NCBI GenBank assembly: GCA_963205155.1
Contig: CAUJJY010000325.1
Location: forward strand, 1-38,590
Origin: Candidatus Zixiibacteriota bacterium
Lineage (GTDB): Bacteria; Zixibacteria; MSB-5A5; CAIYYT01
Length of the DNA stretch: 38,590 nt
Direction of reading: 5' to 3'
Part shown: positions 16,312-24,290 of the stretch, one piece after another
Numbering within the stretch: the stretch's first letter is position 1
Layout: every line of letters starts with the position of its first letter
The notes under the pieces: model-generated
Told to the model about the DNA's origin: nothing
The model's database searches: none
Seen by the model: the letters and a program-made list of their open reading frames with translations, nothing else
Made by a program: the position numbers and the translations under genes

Positions 16312-17196
16312 TTATAGTTCTACCCCCAACAACTCCAGAATGCGCGTTAAATCCGAATCTCCATAGAATTGTATCGAAATTTTCCCGCGTTTGAGCCCGC
16401 GCTGTATCGTCACTGCCGTCCCCAACCTCCGTTTAAGCGCCGTCTCGGCCTGTGAAATCTCAACCGGACGAGTCTTCAGCTTCAAACTCCGGCCGCGCTT
16501 CTTGCGCTGTCCGCCGTAGATAATCTCCTCAATCGCCCGTACCGTAAGGTCCTCGGCAATAATCTTGCGCGCTAACTCCAATTGCTCTTTTTCGTTTTCC
16601 AGCGCCAGTATTGCCCGCGCGTGGCCCTCCTTCAATTGGCCGGCAGCAATCTTCTCCTTAACCTCTGGTGGCAGATTCAGAAGCCGCAGCGTATTGGCAA
16701 CCGACGATCGGTCTTTGCCGACTCGCGTCGACAACTCTGATTGCGTCAGATTGAATTCATTCACCAGTCGCTGGTACCCCTCAGCCAGTTCGAGTGGATT
16801 GAGATCGTCGCGCTGCAAGTTCTCCACAATCGATATCTCAAGCATGTCGCGGTCGCTCAAATCTTCGACCACCCGCGCCGGCACCTCCGCCAATCCCAAT
16901 CTCTCCGCCGCACGGTAACGTCGTTCACCGGCGACAATTTGGAACTTGCCGTTGATCTGGCGAACCAGAATCGGCTGCAGTACGCCTTTTTGAGCGATGG
17001 AATCCGCCAGTTGACTCAACTTTTCTTCAGCGAAAAACTTTCTCGGCTGATTCGGGTTGGCGATCAACTGGTCCAGCGCCACCATCAGAAATCTATCGCC
17101 ATGCTCCGGCTCGACTGTGACTTCCGCCACTACTGGAGCTGTCGGTATCGTGGGGATCAAAGCCGACAAGCCTTTTCCAAGTGCCGGTTTCTTCAT
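16312..17196 (-). CDS. parB: chromosome partitioning protein ParB/Spo0J
   Basis: PNQPRKFF, the GERRYRAAE arginine patch/CTP-binding motif, an HTH (QSELSTRVGKDRSSVANTLRLL), and a 4-nt overlap with parA. Confidence 0.95.
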   Translation of the reverse strand: MKKPALGKGLSALIPTIPTAPVVAEVTVEPEHGDRFLMVALDQLIANPNQPRKFFAEEKLSQLADSIAQKGVLQPILVRQINGKFQIVAGERRYRAAERLGLAEVPARVVEDLSDRDMLEISIVENLQRDDLNPLELAEGYQRLVNEFNLTQSELSTRVGKDRSSVANTLRLLNLPPEVKEKIAAGQLKEGHARAILALENEKEQLELARKIIAEDLTVRAIEEIIYGGQRKKRGRSLKLKTRPVEISQAETALKRRLGTAVTIQRGLKRGKISIQFYGDSDLTRILELLGVEL

Positions 17197-17951
17197 ATCC
17201 GTAAAACCTCCTCCGTCAGCGAGATATAATTTTCCGCACCGGTCGAACCGATATCATAGAGGATAATCGGTTTGCCGAATGAGGGAGCCTCGCCCAGGCG
17301 GACATTGCGGTTAATTATCGTAGTGAAAACTTTGTCTTTGAAATGATTGCGCGTTTCTTCCATCACCTGCCGCGCCAAATTCAAACGCGGATCGAACATG
17401 GTGATCAGAATCCCCCCGATCGTCAGCTTCTGGTTCAGGCTCTGTTGCACCAGTCCAATCGTATTGATCAACTGGCTCAAGCCCTCCAGCGCATAATACT
17501 CCGCTTGAATCGGAATCAACAAGTGGTCGGCCGCCACCAGCGCATTTAATGTAAGGAGTCCTAATGATGGGGGACAGTCGATAACAATGTAGTCATAGTA
17601 GTCCCTGATTGTCGCCAGCTTGTCGCGCAGAATCGTCTCACGATTGTTGCGCTCCACCATCTCCAGTTCCGCGGCCACCAAATTGATGTTGGCGGGAATG
17701 ATGTCCAGATACTTAATGTTGGTCTTAAGCACGACCTCTTCGACGCTCTTGCTGTCGCTCAACATATCATAGACCGACACAGCCAGATTCCGCTTGTCGA
17801 TCCCCATTCCCGAGGTTGCATTCGACTGCGGGTCGAGATCAACGAGTAGTGTTGATTTTTCAGCGATGGCAATGCAGGCGGAAAGATTGATGGCGGTGGT
17901 GGTCTTGCCCACTCCACCCTTTTGATTAACTACTGCGAATATCTTGGCCAG
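17193..17951 (-). CDS. parA: chromosome partitioning ATPase ParA/Soj
   Basis: The deviant Walker A KGGVGKTT is complete only if translation starts upstream of the track's GTG (17912). The in-frame codons CTG-GCC-AAG-ATA-TTC-GCA-GTA-GTT-AAT-CAA-AAG-GGT-GGA give (L/M)AKIFAVVNQKGG. AGGAGGG sits 4 nt before the CTG at 17951. Confidence 0.9.
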   Translation of the reverse strand: MAKIFAVVNQKGGVGKTTTAINLSACIAIAEKSTLLVDLDPQSNATSGMGIDKRNLAVSVYDMLSDSKSVEEVVLKTNIKYLDIIPANINLVAAELEMVERNNRETILRDKLATIRDYYDYIVIDCPPSLGLLTLNALVAADHLLIPIQAEYYALEGLSQLINTIGLVQQSLNQKLTIGGILITMFDPRLNLARQVMEETRNHFKDKVFTTIINRNVRLGEAPSFGKPIILYDIGSTGAENYISLTEEVLRI

Positions 17952-18044
17952 AAATCCCTCCTGATTGCGCGAATCCGTTCGTGTCGCTAATCTATGATTC
18001 CGCCGACATTTCGCAATAAAAACTTCTGCAGATATTGTATTTAG

Positions 18045-18668
18045 TTAGCTTTTCTTCAGAATCAGGAGATTTGAAACGCGCCCCGCGGATGAACTTTGAT
18101 ATTGCCGGGCCAACTCATAGCTGTATCCCAGCAGTTCGAGAGTATTCTGTTCGCTGCCGATCCTCGGCAGAATCAACCTGCCGCCAGGCTTCAAATGCGG
18201 CAGCGCCAGCTTTGCAATCAGCTCCAGCAACCCAAAAGCCTTGGCAATGGCGTAGTCACACCCGATCGGAGGGATCTTCTCAACACGCTCAGAAACAAAC
18301 CTGCATTCGAGCATGCCCAATTTTCTCGCCGCATTCTTTTGAAACTCAATTTTACGTTGATTCGAGTCCACCGTAACAATCCGCAAATCTGGGCGGACGA
18401 TCTTGTGAATGATCCATGGGAATCCCGCCCCCGATCCGATATCCAGCACCAAAGACTCATTGGCATAGCCTATCAACGGAATCATCGCCAGTGAATCGTA
18501 AATCAGCTCATTCACCGCTGCTTCGGTCTTATTTCGCGATACGAGATTGACATGGAGATTGACTTCGAGAAGATACTCACGAAATGAGGCGATTTTGGAC
18601 TCAATTTCAGCGCGGTTTTGCGAGTAAGAGCCTAATAAGGCAAGGTACGAGCTCTGGTCATCCATCAA
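18045..18668 (-). CDS. rsmG: 16S rRNA (guanine527-N7)-methyltransferase RsmG (GidB)
   Basis: SAM motif VLDIGSGAGFPWI, about 207 aa, 4-nt overlap with mnmG. Confidence 0.92.
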   Translation of the reverse strand: MMDDQSSYLALLGSYSQNRAEIESKIASFREYLLEVNLHVNLVSRNKTEAAVNELIYDSLAMIPLIGYANESLVLDIGSGAGFPWIIHKIVRPDLRIVTVDSNQRKIEFQKNAARKLGMLECRFVSERVEKIPPIGCDYAIAKAFGLLELIAKLALPHLKPGGRLILPRIGSEQNTLELLGYSYELARQYQSSSAGRVSNLLILKKS

Positions 18669-20524
18669 TTTGTTTCACGTGAAACACTGCTGCTGTAGTG
18701 ACGCTTTAAGTGAATCATCAACACAGTGATATCGGAGAATGTGATGCCGTTTAATCGCGATGCTTGCCCCAAATTAATCGGGCGATATTGCTGCAAAACC
18801 GCAATCGCCTCCTTCTTCAGCCCGGAAAGTACACCAAGATCAAAATCATCGGGTATCTTCCGCGATTCTAACTGCCGAAACCGATCAATCTCGCGCAATT
18901 GCTTCTCCATGTAGCCCGCGTACTTTATTAGAATCTCCAACCGCTCACCAAGCCGCTCCGGAAACAGAGCACACTCCTCGTCCACAGTCGCGAGATGTCT
19001 ATAAGTCACCCCTGGCCGCTTCAGAAGTACACCCATCGGCAGCTTGTCACCGTTGGCATCCGGATCTACCAGCGAAGCCATTATCGAAGTTTTATGCAAC
19101 CGCTTATGCTCCGAATCCAGTTGTTCACGGTCGCTCACATATCGCTCCATCATCTGGTCCGTTACTAATCCGAAACTGCGACCAATCTCAATCAGCCGAT
19201 CATAGGCGTTATCTTCACGCAACGCTAAGCGGTACTCTGCCCGGGAAGTGAACATCCGGTAGGGCTCCATCGGAACCCTTGTGACCAAATCATCAATCAT
19301 AACACCGATATACGCTTGTGCGCGATCGATCACGACTTGCGGACGATTATTCAGCTTTGTTACCGCGTTGATTCCGGCCAGTAATCCCTGCGCAGCCGCC
19401 TCTTCGTATCCCGAGGTTCCGTTGATCTGCCCGCAGAAATAGAGATTGGCCACCAAACGTGTCTCAAGCGTCGGCTTTATTTGAAATGCCGGGAAGAAAT
19501 CATACTCAATTGCATACCCCGGCCGTTTCATGACAACGTTTTCCAATCCCGGTATCGAATGAAGAATGTCATTCTGCACATCTGCCGGCAGGGAAGTCGA
19601 CAATCCATTTATATAAATCTCTGTCGTGTCAAGTCCTTCCGGTTCAATGAAGAGCTGATGCCGATCTTTGTCACGGAAGCGATGTATCTTATCCTCAATT
19701 GACGGACAATACCGCGGCCCAATCCCTTGAATATTACCGGAAAACATCGCCGAGCGGTGAATATTGGCTTCAACAATCCTGTGAGTTTCAGCGCTAGTAT
19801 ATGTAATGTGGCAATGAACTCTATTCGTTACGCCGGTGGTCGTCCTCAATGAGAACGGAAGAAAATCGTCATCCCCGGGTTGTGACTCCATCTTGGAATA
19901 GTCAATCGTCTCGCCCTCCAACCGTGGTGGCGTCCCCGTCTTGAGTCTTCCCGGCTTAAATCCCAGTACTTGGAGCGACTCCGACAGATGCAGCGAAGGC
20001 GCCTCGTTTACGCGCCCGGCAGGAGTCTGTTCTTCACCGATGTGGATAAGTCCATTTAGGAATGTGCCTGATGCCAGTACACACGCTTTACCGGAAATCT
20101 CTCGACCATCTTGCAGAATAACATGGCTGAACTTGTTGTCCTCACAGCCGATACCGACAACCATACCTTCAACTAGTGTGAGATATTCTATTCCGGCAAG
20201 TAATTCTTGCGCGAACTCGCGATACAACTTGCGGTCACACTGCGCTCTCGACGACCAGACTGCTGGACCCTTGCTCTTGTTCAAAGTCCGAAAGTGAATC
20301 CCCGTGCGGTCTGTTATGTATCCCATCAACCCGCCAAGCGCATCAATCTCCCGGACAAGTTGCCCCTTACCGACTCCGCCGATCGCCGGATTGCACGACA
20401 TCTCGCCGACCTTTGCCAGGTCTCCGCTGATCAAGGCAGTAGTAGCACCCATTCGCGCCGCCGCAGCTGCAGCCTCGATGCCGGCGTGTCCGCCTCCTAT
20501 GACTATGACTTGAAAATCTCTCAT
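18665..20524 (-). CDS. mnmG: tRNA uridine 5-carboxymethylaminomethyl modification enzyme MnmG (GidA)
   Basis: VIVIGGGHAGIEAA FAD motif. 619 aa with full-length GidA-like sequence (GPRYCPSIEDK, EGYEEAAAQG). Confidence 0.97.
   Translation of the reverse strand: MRDFQVIVIGGGHAGIEAAAAAARMGATTALISGDLAKVGEMSCNPAIGGVGKGQLVREIDALGGLMGYITDRTGIHFRTLNKSKGPAVWSSRAQCDRKLYREFAQELLAGIEYLTLVEGMVVGIGCEDNKFSHVILQDGREISGKACVLASGTFLNGLIHIGEEQTPAGRVNEAPSLHLSESLQVLGFKPGRLKTGTPPRLEGETIDYSKMESQPGDDDFLPFSLRTTTGVTNRVHCHITYTSAETHRIVEANIHRSAMFSGNIQGIGPRYCPSIEDKIHRFRDKDRHQLFIEPEGLDTTEIYINGLSTSLPADVQNDILHSIPGLENVVMKRPGYAIEYDFFPAFQIKPTLETRLVANLYFCGQINGTSGYEEAAAQGLLAGINAVTKLNNRPQVVIDRAQAYIGVMIDDLVTRVPMEPYRMFTSRAEYRLALREDNAYDRLIEIGRSFGLVTDQMMERYVSDREQLDSEHKRLHKTSIMASLVDPDANGDKLPMGVLLKRPGVTYRHLATVDEECALFPERLGERLEILIKYAGYMEKQLREIDRFRQLESRKIPDDFDLGVLSGLKKEAIAVLQQYRPINLGQASRLNGITFSDITVLMIHLKRHYSSSVSRETN
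18671..18686. promoter_or_regulatory. parS centromere site (perfect 16-bp consensus)
   Basis: TGTTTCACGTGAAACA is identical to the Firmicute/general parS consensus tGTTtCAcGTGAAAca. It is embedded in the last six codons of mnmG (..VSRETN). Confidence 0.85.
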
Positions 20525-20581
20525 GGTAGTTGGAGATGATACGTGCCTAACCGCTCAAAATCAAGTGCGATCCTCAACCAC

Positions 20582-20597
20582 CGTTTCACGTGAAACG
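20582..20597. promoter_or_regulatory. parS site (14/16, perfect 14-bp palindromic core)
   Basis: CGTTTCACGTGAAACG lies 58 nt upstream of the mnmG ATG. Only the two outermost positions differ from the consensus. Confidence 0.7.
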
Positions 20598-20635
20598 ACC
20601 ATCCCAATTGGACTGTCAAAAGAATCTCCGCGAGT

Positions 20636-20720
20636 GTCATCCTGAGCGAAGCGAAGGATCTGCTCTCTTTGTTACTGATCAACTTACAGATTTTTCGCCT
20701 GCACAGCAGTTCACAATGAC
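20636..20720. repeat. imperfect inverted-repeat element of the VILSEAKDL / LRMT type (single copy here)
   Basis: GTCATCCTGAGCGAAGCGAAGGATCTG ... CAGATTTTTCGCC..CACAATGAC. The arms share GTCAT/ATGAC and CAGAT/ATCTG ends. The sequence class is familiar as an intergenic repeat that generates spurious small ORFs. Confidence 0.3.
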
Positions 20721-20863
20721 AAAGTCGGAGTTCTTTAACCGCGCCCATTGCAAATAGATCTCAAGCTTCTGTGTATATTCGACTTTTCAGTATACAACCA
20801 AATCAGTTGTATATAATAACTTAAGTTCAATAGCTTTCTTCTGTACTCTGCCATCACTGCCCC

Positions 20864-20892
20864 TTGACAAATTCCGGCCGGTAACCTATAAT
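20864..20892 (+). promoter_or_regulatory. consensus sigma-70 promoter
   Basis: TTGACA (20864-20869), a 17-nt spacer, TATAAT (20887-20892). It lies about 100 nt upstream of ATG 20994. Confidence 0.55.
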
Positions 20893-20993
20893 GGATATTA
20901 TACTACACAATCTTACGGGGATGACTTTGGCCTGCGATCGGGCATACTCACAGCTCGTTCGCAATTGCTAACTGACAAGTGGAGCCTGTTTCG

Positions 20994-22856
20994 ATGACTT
21001 ACTCAAGACAATCTGCGTTGGCGATTGCGCTTACAATCAGCGCCGCACTAATCATCTTTGGCACGGCAAATGCCGGAAGTTTCTCCGGTCATGTCTATGA
21101 CGCCGATACCGGCTGGCCAATCCCTTGTGCGGAAGTGATCATCGGTAACAACTTCATATCCAATGCAACCATCGTTGCTACTGACTCCGCCGGGTACTAT
21201 TTGTCGCCAACCCTCGCTGACCTGACCGACTATACCTTGCTTGCGTCGTCTCCCGGTTATGAGTCGATTACACTGCTGATGCAGACCCCCCATGCCGGTG
21301 CAGACCTCTACTTGAGCAAACCGGATTCTGGATTTCTCGCGGAAACACTAAATCAGGGATTGGCGCTCTACCAACTTAATGATGGTGCAAGTCAACGGGC
21401 AGGAGGAGAGGTTGTCGAATTCGACTTTCCCAACATCGACGCCGACAATGCCTTGATTGATTCGTTGCTCTCTTCAATCGGGACTGACTCCGACCCGACA
21501 GAGGTTGATTCCATCATCTGGATCAAATGCTCGCTGGTCTGGGAATGGCTGCAGACCAATGCCCGATACATCAACTCCTATCCCGGCGACCCCGTGGTTC
21601 AGGCAGCCTGGAACTTCATGATGAACTATGATGACGGTTATCCTTCAATCGAAGCAATCGCCGCAACCTACATCAACTATGGTTTCATCGTCTGGGGTAC
21701 TTGCATGAGTCGCGCCCACATTCTTACCACAATGCTCTACAAAGTCGGACTCTCGCGTGACCGCGTAGCCATCGCCGAAACCCGCTGGCAACTGCGTTAC
21801 AGTCAGCATATGTACTCGGTGATCTGGCTCGCACACCGTTGGTTGTATCTGGATCCGTCATCGATCGGAGCTACATTCCCGCCATTCAATGAATTCCGGT
21901 CAGTGCCCACAGGGTCTTCTGGTTACATGGACTATTGTCATCCCTATGAGTTGATGTTGATTCCCGGTTCGAACATATCGGCCGTTCCCGATATCATGAA
22001 CCGCGAGCGCAACTCCGACAACGCTGTCATCGTCGCTCCTCCGCAAGGCACACACGTGATTACTGAAAACGTGACTGTTACCGGCGTTTCGGGAAATCCG
22101 ATCATCACGGAGGTCACCCTCAACGGAACCGCGATTCCAATTACTGACGGCTTCTTCACCGGAACCGCCTCCTTATCAATCGGCACCAATCTGATCATCG
22201 TGGAGGTCAAGGACAATGGCGTCCCGTTCCGCGACACAGTAACTGTCTTCAGGACAAAACCCGATTGCGATGGCGATGGCACTGTCGATCTTGATGATAA
22301 CTGTCCCACCATCGCCAACCCGGATCAGCCCGACGAGAATGGCGACGGCGTCGGCGATCACTGCGATGGCAATATCTATTGCTATCAGAATTTTCCCCCA
22401 TCCGGTCTTCGCAGCGTGCCATACTTCTACCAGATGACCTCCGTCGGAGGAACACCACCCTTGAACTGGACTCACGTCAGCGGCAATTTGCCGCCCGGCT
22501 GCAAGTTTAATGGCGGCGCGCTCGGAACCATCACCGGCACGCCCAGCCAGGCCGGTGATTACAATTTCGCGGTTGCTGTTTTCGATTCCCACATTCCCCC
22601 TAAGTCAGACACTGTCAATCTTGCCATCACAATTAACAACCCGCCGTTCACTTGTGGCGATGCCGATGGCTCAACTACGGTCACGATCTCCGACGCCGTC
22701 TATTTGATCAATTACATTTTCTCTGGCGGTCCAGCACCAAACCCATTGCTCGCCGGTGATGCCGACTGCAGTGCTGCTGTTACGATTTCCGACGCCGTGT
22801 ATTTGATCAACTACATCTTTGGGGGCGGACCAGTGCCATGTGCGGCATGTCCGTAG
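20994..22856 (+). CDS. secreted multidomain protein: transglutaminase-like core, thrombospondin type-3 repeats, Ig-like module, tandem dockerin-like repeats
   Basis: GTGGAG SD and signal peptide MTYSRQSALAIALTISAALIIFGTANA. Cys/His/Asp triad candidates are GTCMSRAHIL, HMYSVIW and YLDPS. Other modules are DCDGDGTVDLDDNCPTIANPDQPDENGDGVGDHCD, LPPGCKFNGGALGTITGTPSQAGDY, and two copies of D(A)D(G/C)S..VTISDAVYLINYIF.GGP. Confidence 0.8.
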   Translation: MTYSRQSALAIALTISAALIIFGTANAGSFSGHVYDADTGWPIPCAEVIIGNNFISNATIVATDSAGYYLSPTLADLTDYTLLASSPGYESITLLMQTPHAGADLYLSKPDSGFLAETLNQGLALYQLNDGASQRAGGEVVEFDFPNIDADNALIDSLLSSIGTDSDPTEVDSIIWIKCSLVWEWLQTNARYINSYPGDPVVQAAWNFMMNYDDGYPSIEAIAATYINYGFIVWGTCMSRAHILTTMLYKVGLSRDRVAIAETRWQLRYSQHMYSVIWLAHRWLYLDPSSIGATFPPFNEFRSVPTGSSGYMDYCHPYELMLIPGSNISAVPDIMNRERNSDNAVIVAPPQGTHVITENVTVTGVSGNPIITEVTLNGTAIPITDGFFTGTASLSIGTNLIIVEVKDNGVPFRDTVTVFRTKPDCDGDGTVDLDDNCPTIANPDQPDENGDGVGDHCDGNIYCYQNFPPSGLRSVPYFYQMTSVGGTPPLNWTHVSGNLPPGCKFNGGALGTITGTPSQAGDYNFAVAVFDSHIPPKSDTVNLAITINNPPFTCGDADGSTTVTISDAVYLINYIFSGGPAPNPLLAGDADCSAAVTISDAVYLINYIFGGGPVPCAACP

Positions 22857-22898
22857 GAAGGCGGACGAATCGGGTGGGAGATTATGAAATGGTGCGGG

Positions 22899-24290
22899 TT
22901 ACTTTCCGATACAGAAACGGCTGAAGATCTCTGCCAGTAGATCATCATTTGTGACCTTGCCGAGAATTTCTTCCAGCGCCTCCACCGACTGATGCAGGTC
23001 AAAAGCCAGTAACTCGAAGCTCTCATCCTGTTCAAGCTTCTGCCGCACGCTTGTAAGTGAATCTAAAGCCGCCAGAACTGCGCGATGATGTCGCTGATTG
23101 GTGATAACATTATTATCGCTGGAAATTGTAGCCGTTGCCGTAACGATCAGCTCGCCTATCCTCTTCAGCAGATTATCAATCCCTTTTAGCTCCTTGGCCG
23201 AAACGACGATAGGGCGGGTAGCATCCAGTTCCGACTCGAGATCCGCAATCTGAAACCCCGTCAATAGGTCAATCTTGTTGAGAACGAGAATGACCTGTCT
23301 ATCGGTCAGCTTCGATAAAAACTCCCTGATCTCCGTCACCGTCGCCTTGGTCGCATCGAACACCGCCACCACCAAACCCGCCGCCTCAATTTCCCGCTTC
23401 GACCGCTCGACTCCCGCCGCCTCGATATGATCATCCGTCTCGCGCATTCCAGCCGTATCGACAAAGCGAACCACTATCCCGTTGATATCAATCTTCTCGG
23501 CAATCGTGTCGCGTGTGGTCCCGGGTATCTCGGTGACAATTGCCCTCTCCTCAGCGAGAATGGCATTGAAGAGCGATGACTTTCCGGCATTTGGCGGTCC
23601 AACTATCGGAACCTGCAAACCGCTCCGCAACACTTCGCCATGGCGATAGCTTTCCGCCAACCGTGACAGTTTTCCGGTAATCGTATCAATCTTGCCGAGC
23701 AGTTCTGACTTCTCCTGCCGCGGAATTTCCTCATCCGGAAAATCAGTGTAAGCTTCAAACAACGCGCCAATCTCTACCAGTTCATTGCGAAGATTACCGA
23801 TGTATTCCGAGAGTCTTCCCGAAAGCTGATAGACCGCCGCCTGTTGAAACGCCGTCCCCTCCGCCGCAATCAGGTCCGCAACGGCTTCCGCTTGAAGCAA
23901 ATCTATCCGGCCATTTTGAAATGCCCGCAGTGTAAACTCACCGGGCGTAGCCTGTCTTGCGCCGGCATTGATCGTCATCTCAACAATTTGTTTTAGAATC
24001 TGTGGATTCCCGTGCGCCGAGATTTCGACGACGTTTTCACCTGTGTAACTATTGGGCGCGACGAAAACCGCCAATAGGACCTCATCGGTGAAAGTCCGGC
24101 GCAATGACCCCTTGATATAGCAATGATGAATGGTATGCGATTTGACCTCGCCGAAATCGCGTCGTTCACTCACCAACTCATTGGCGACTGCAAACGCGCG
24201 ATTTCCCGAGATACGAATAACTCCGATACCGCCGTAACCGGGCGGTGTCGAGATCGCGACGATAGTTTCGCCGCTGTCCGGGAGTCTCAT
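22899..24290 (-). CDS. mnmE: tRNA modification GTPase MnmE (TrmE)
   Basis: TIVAISTPPGYGGIGVIRISG, G-domain GPPNAGKSSLFN / DTAG / NKID, C-terminal FCIGK. Confidence 0.96.
   Translation of the reverse strand: MRLPDSGETIVAISTPPGYGGIGVIRISGNRAFAVANELVSERRDFGEVKSHTIHHCYIKGSLRRTFTDEVLLAVFVAPNSYTGENVVEISAHGNPQILKQIVEMTINAGARQATPGEFTLRAFQNGRIDLLQAEAVADLIAAEGTAFQQAAVYQLSGRLSEYIGNLRNELVEIGALFEAYTDFPDEEIPRQEKSELLGKIDTITGKLSRLAESYRHGEVLRSGLQVPIVGPPNAGKSSLFNAILAEERAIVTEIPGTTRDTIAEKIDINGIVVRFVDTAGMRETDDHIEAAGVERSKREIEAAGLVVAVFDATKATVTEIREFLSKLTDRQVILVLNKIDLLTGFQIADLESELDATRPIVVSAKELKGIDNLLKRIGELIVTATATISSDNNVITNQRHHRAVLAALDSLTSVRQKLEQDESFELLAFDLHQSVEALEEILGKVTNDDLLAEIFSRFCIGK

Noticed and set aside
20521-20748. 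75-aa minus-strand ORF immediately upstream of mnmG
   Set aside because: It is translated from a parS site (..FHVKRW..) and a palindromic repeat (..SFASLRMT..). It has no SD and lies in a promoter/repeat region, so I treat it as a repeat-derived phantom ORF.
20750-20860. AT-rich stretch with inverted repeat TATACAAC/GTTGTATA upstream of mnmG as an E. coli-style oriC
   Set aside because: There are no 8/9 or 9/9 DnaA boxes here. It is more simply the divergent promoter region for mnmG and the secreted-protein gene.
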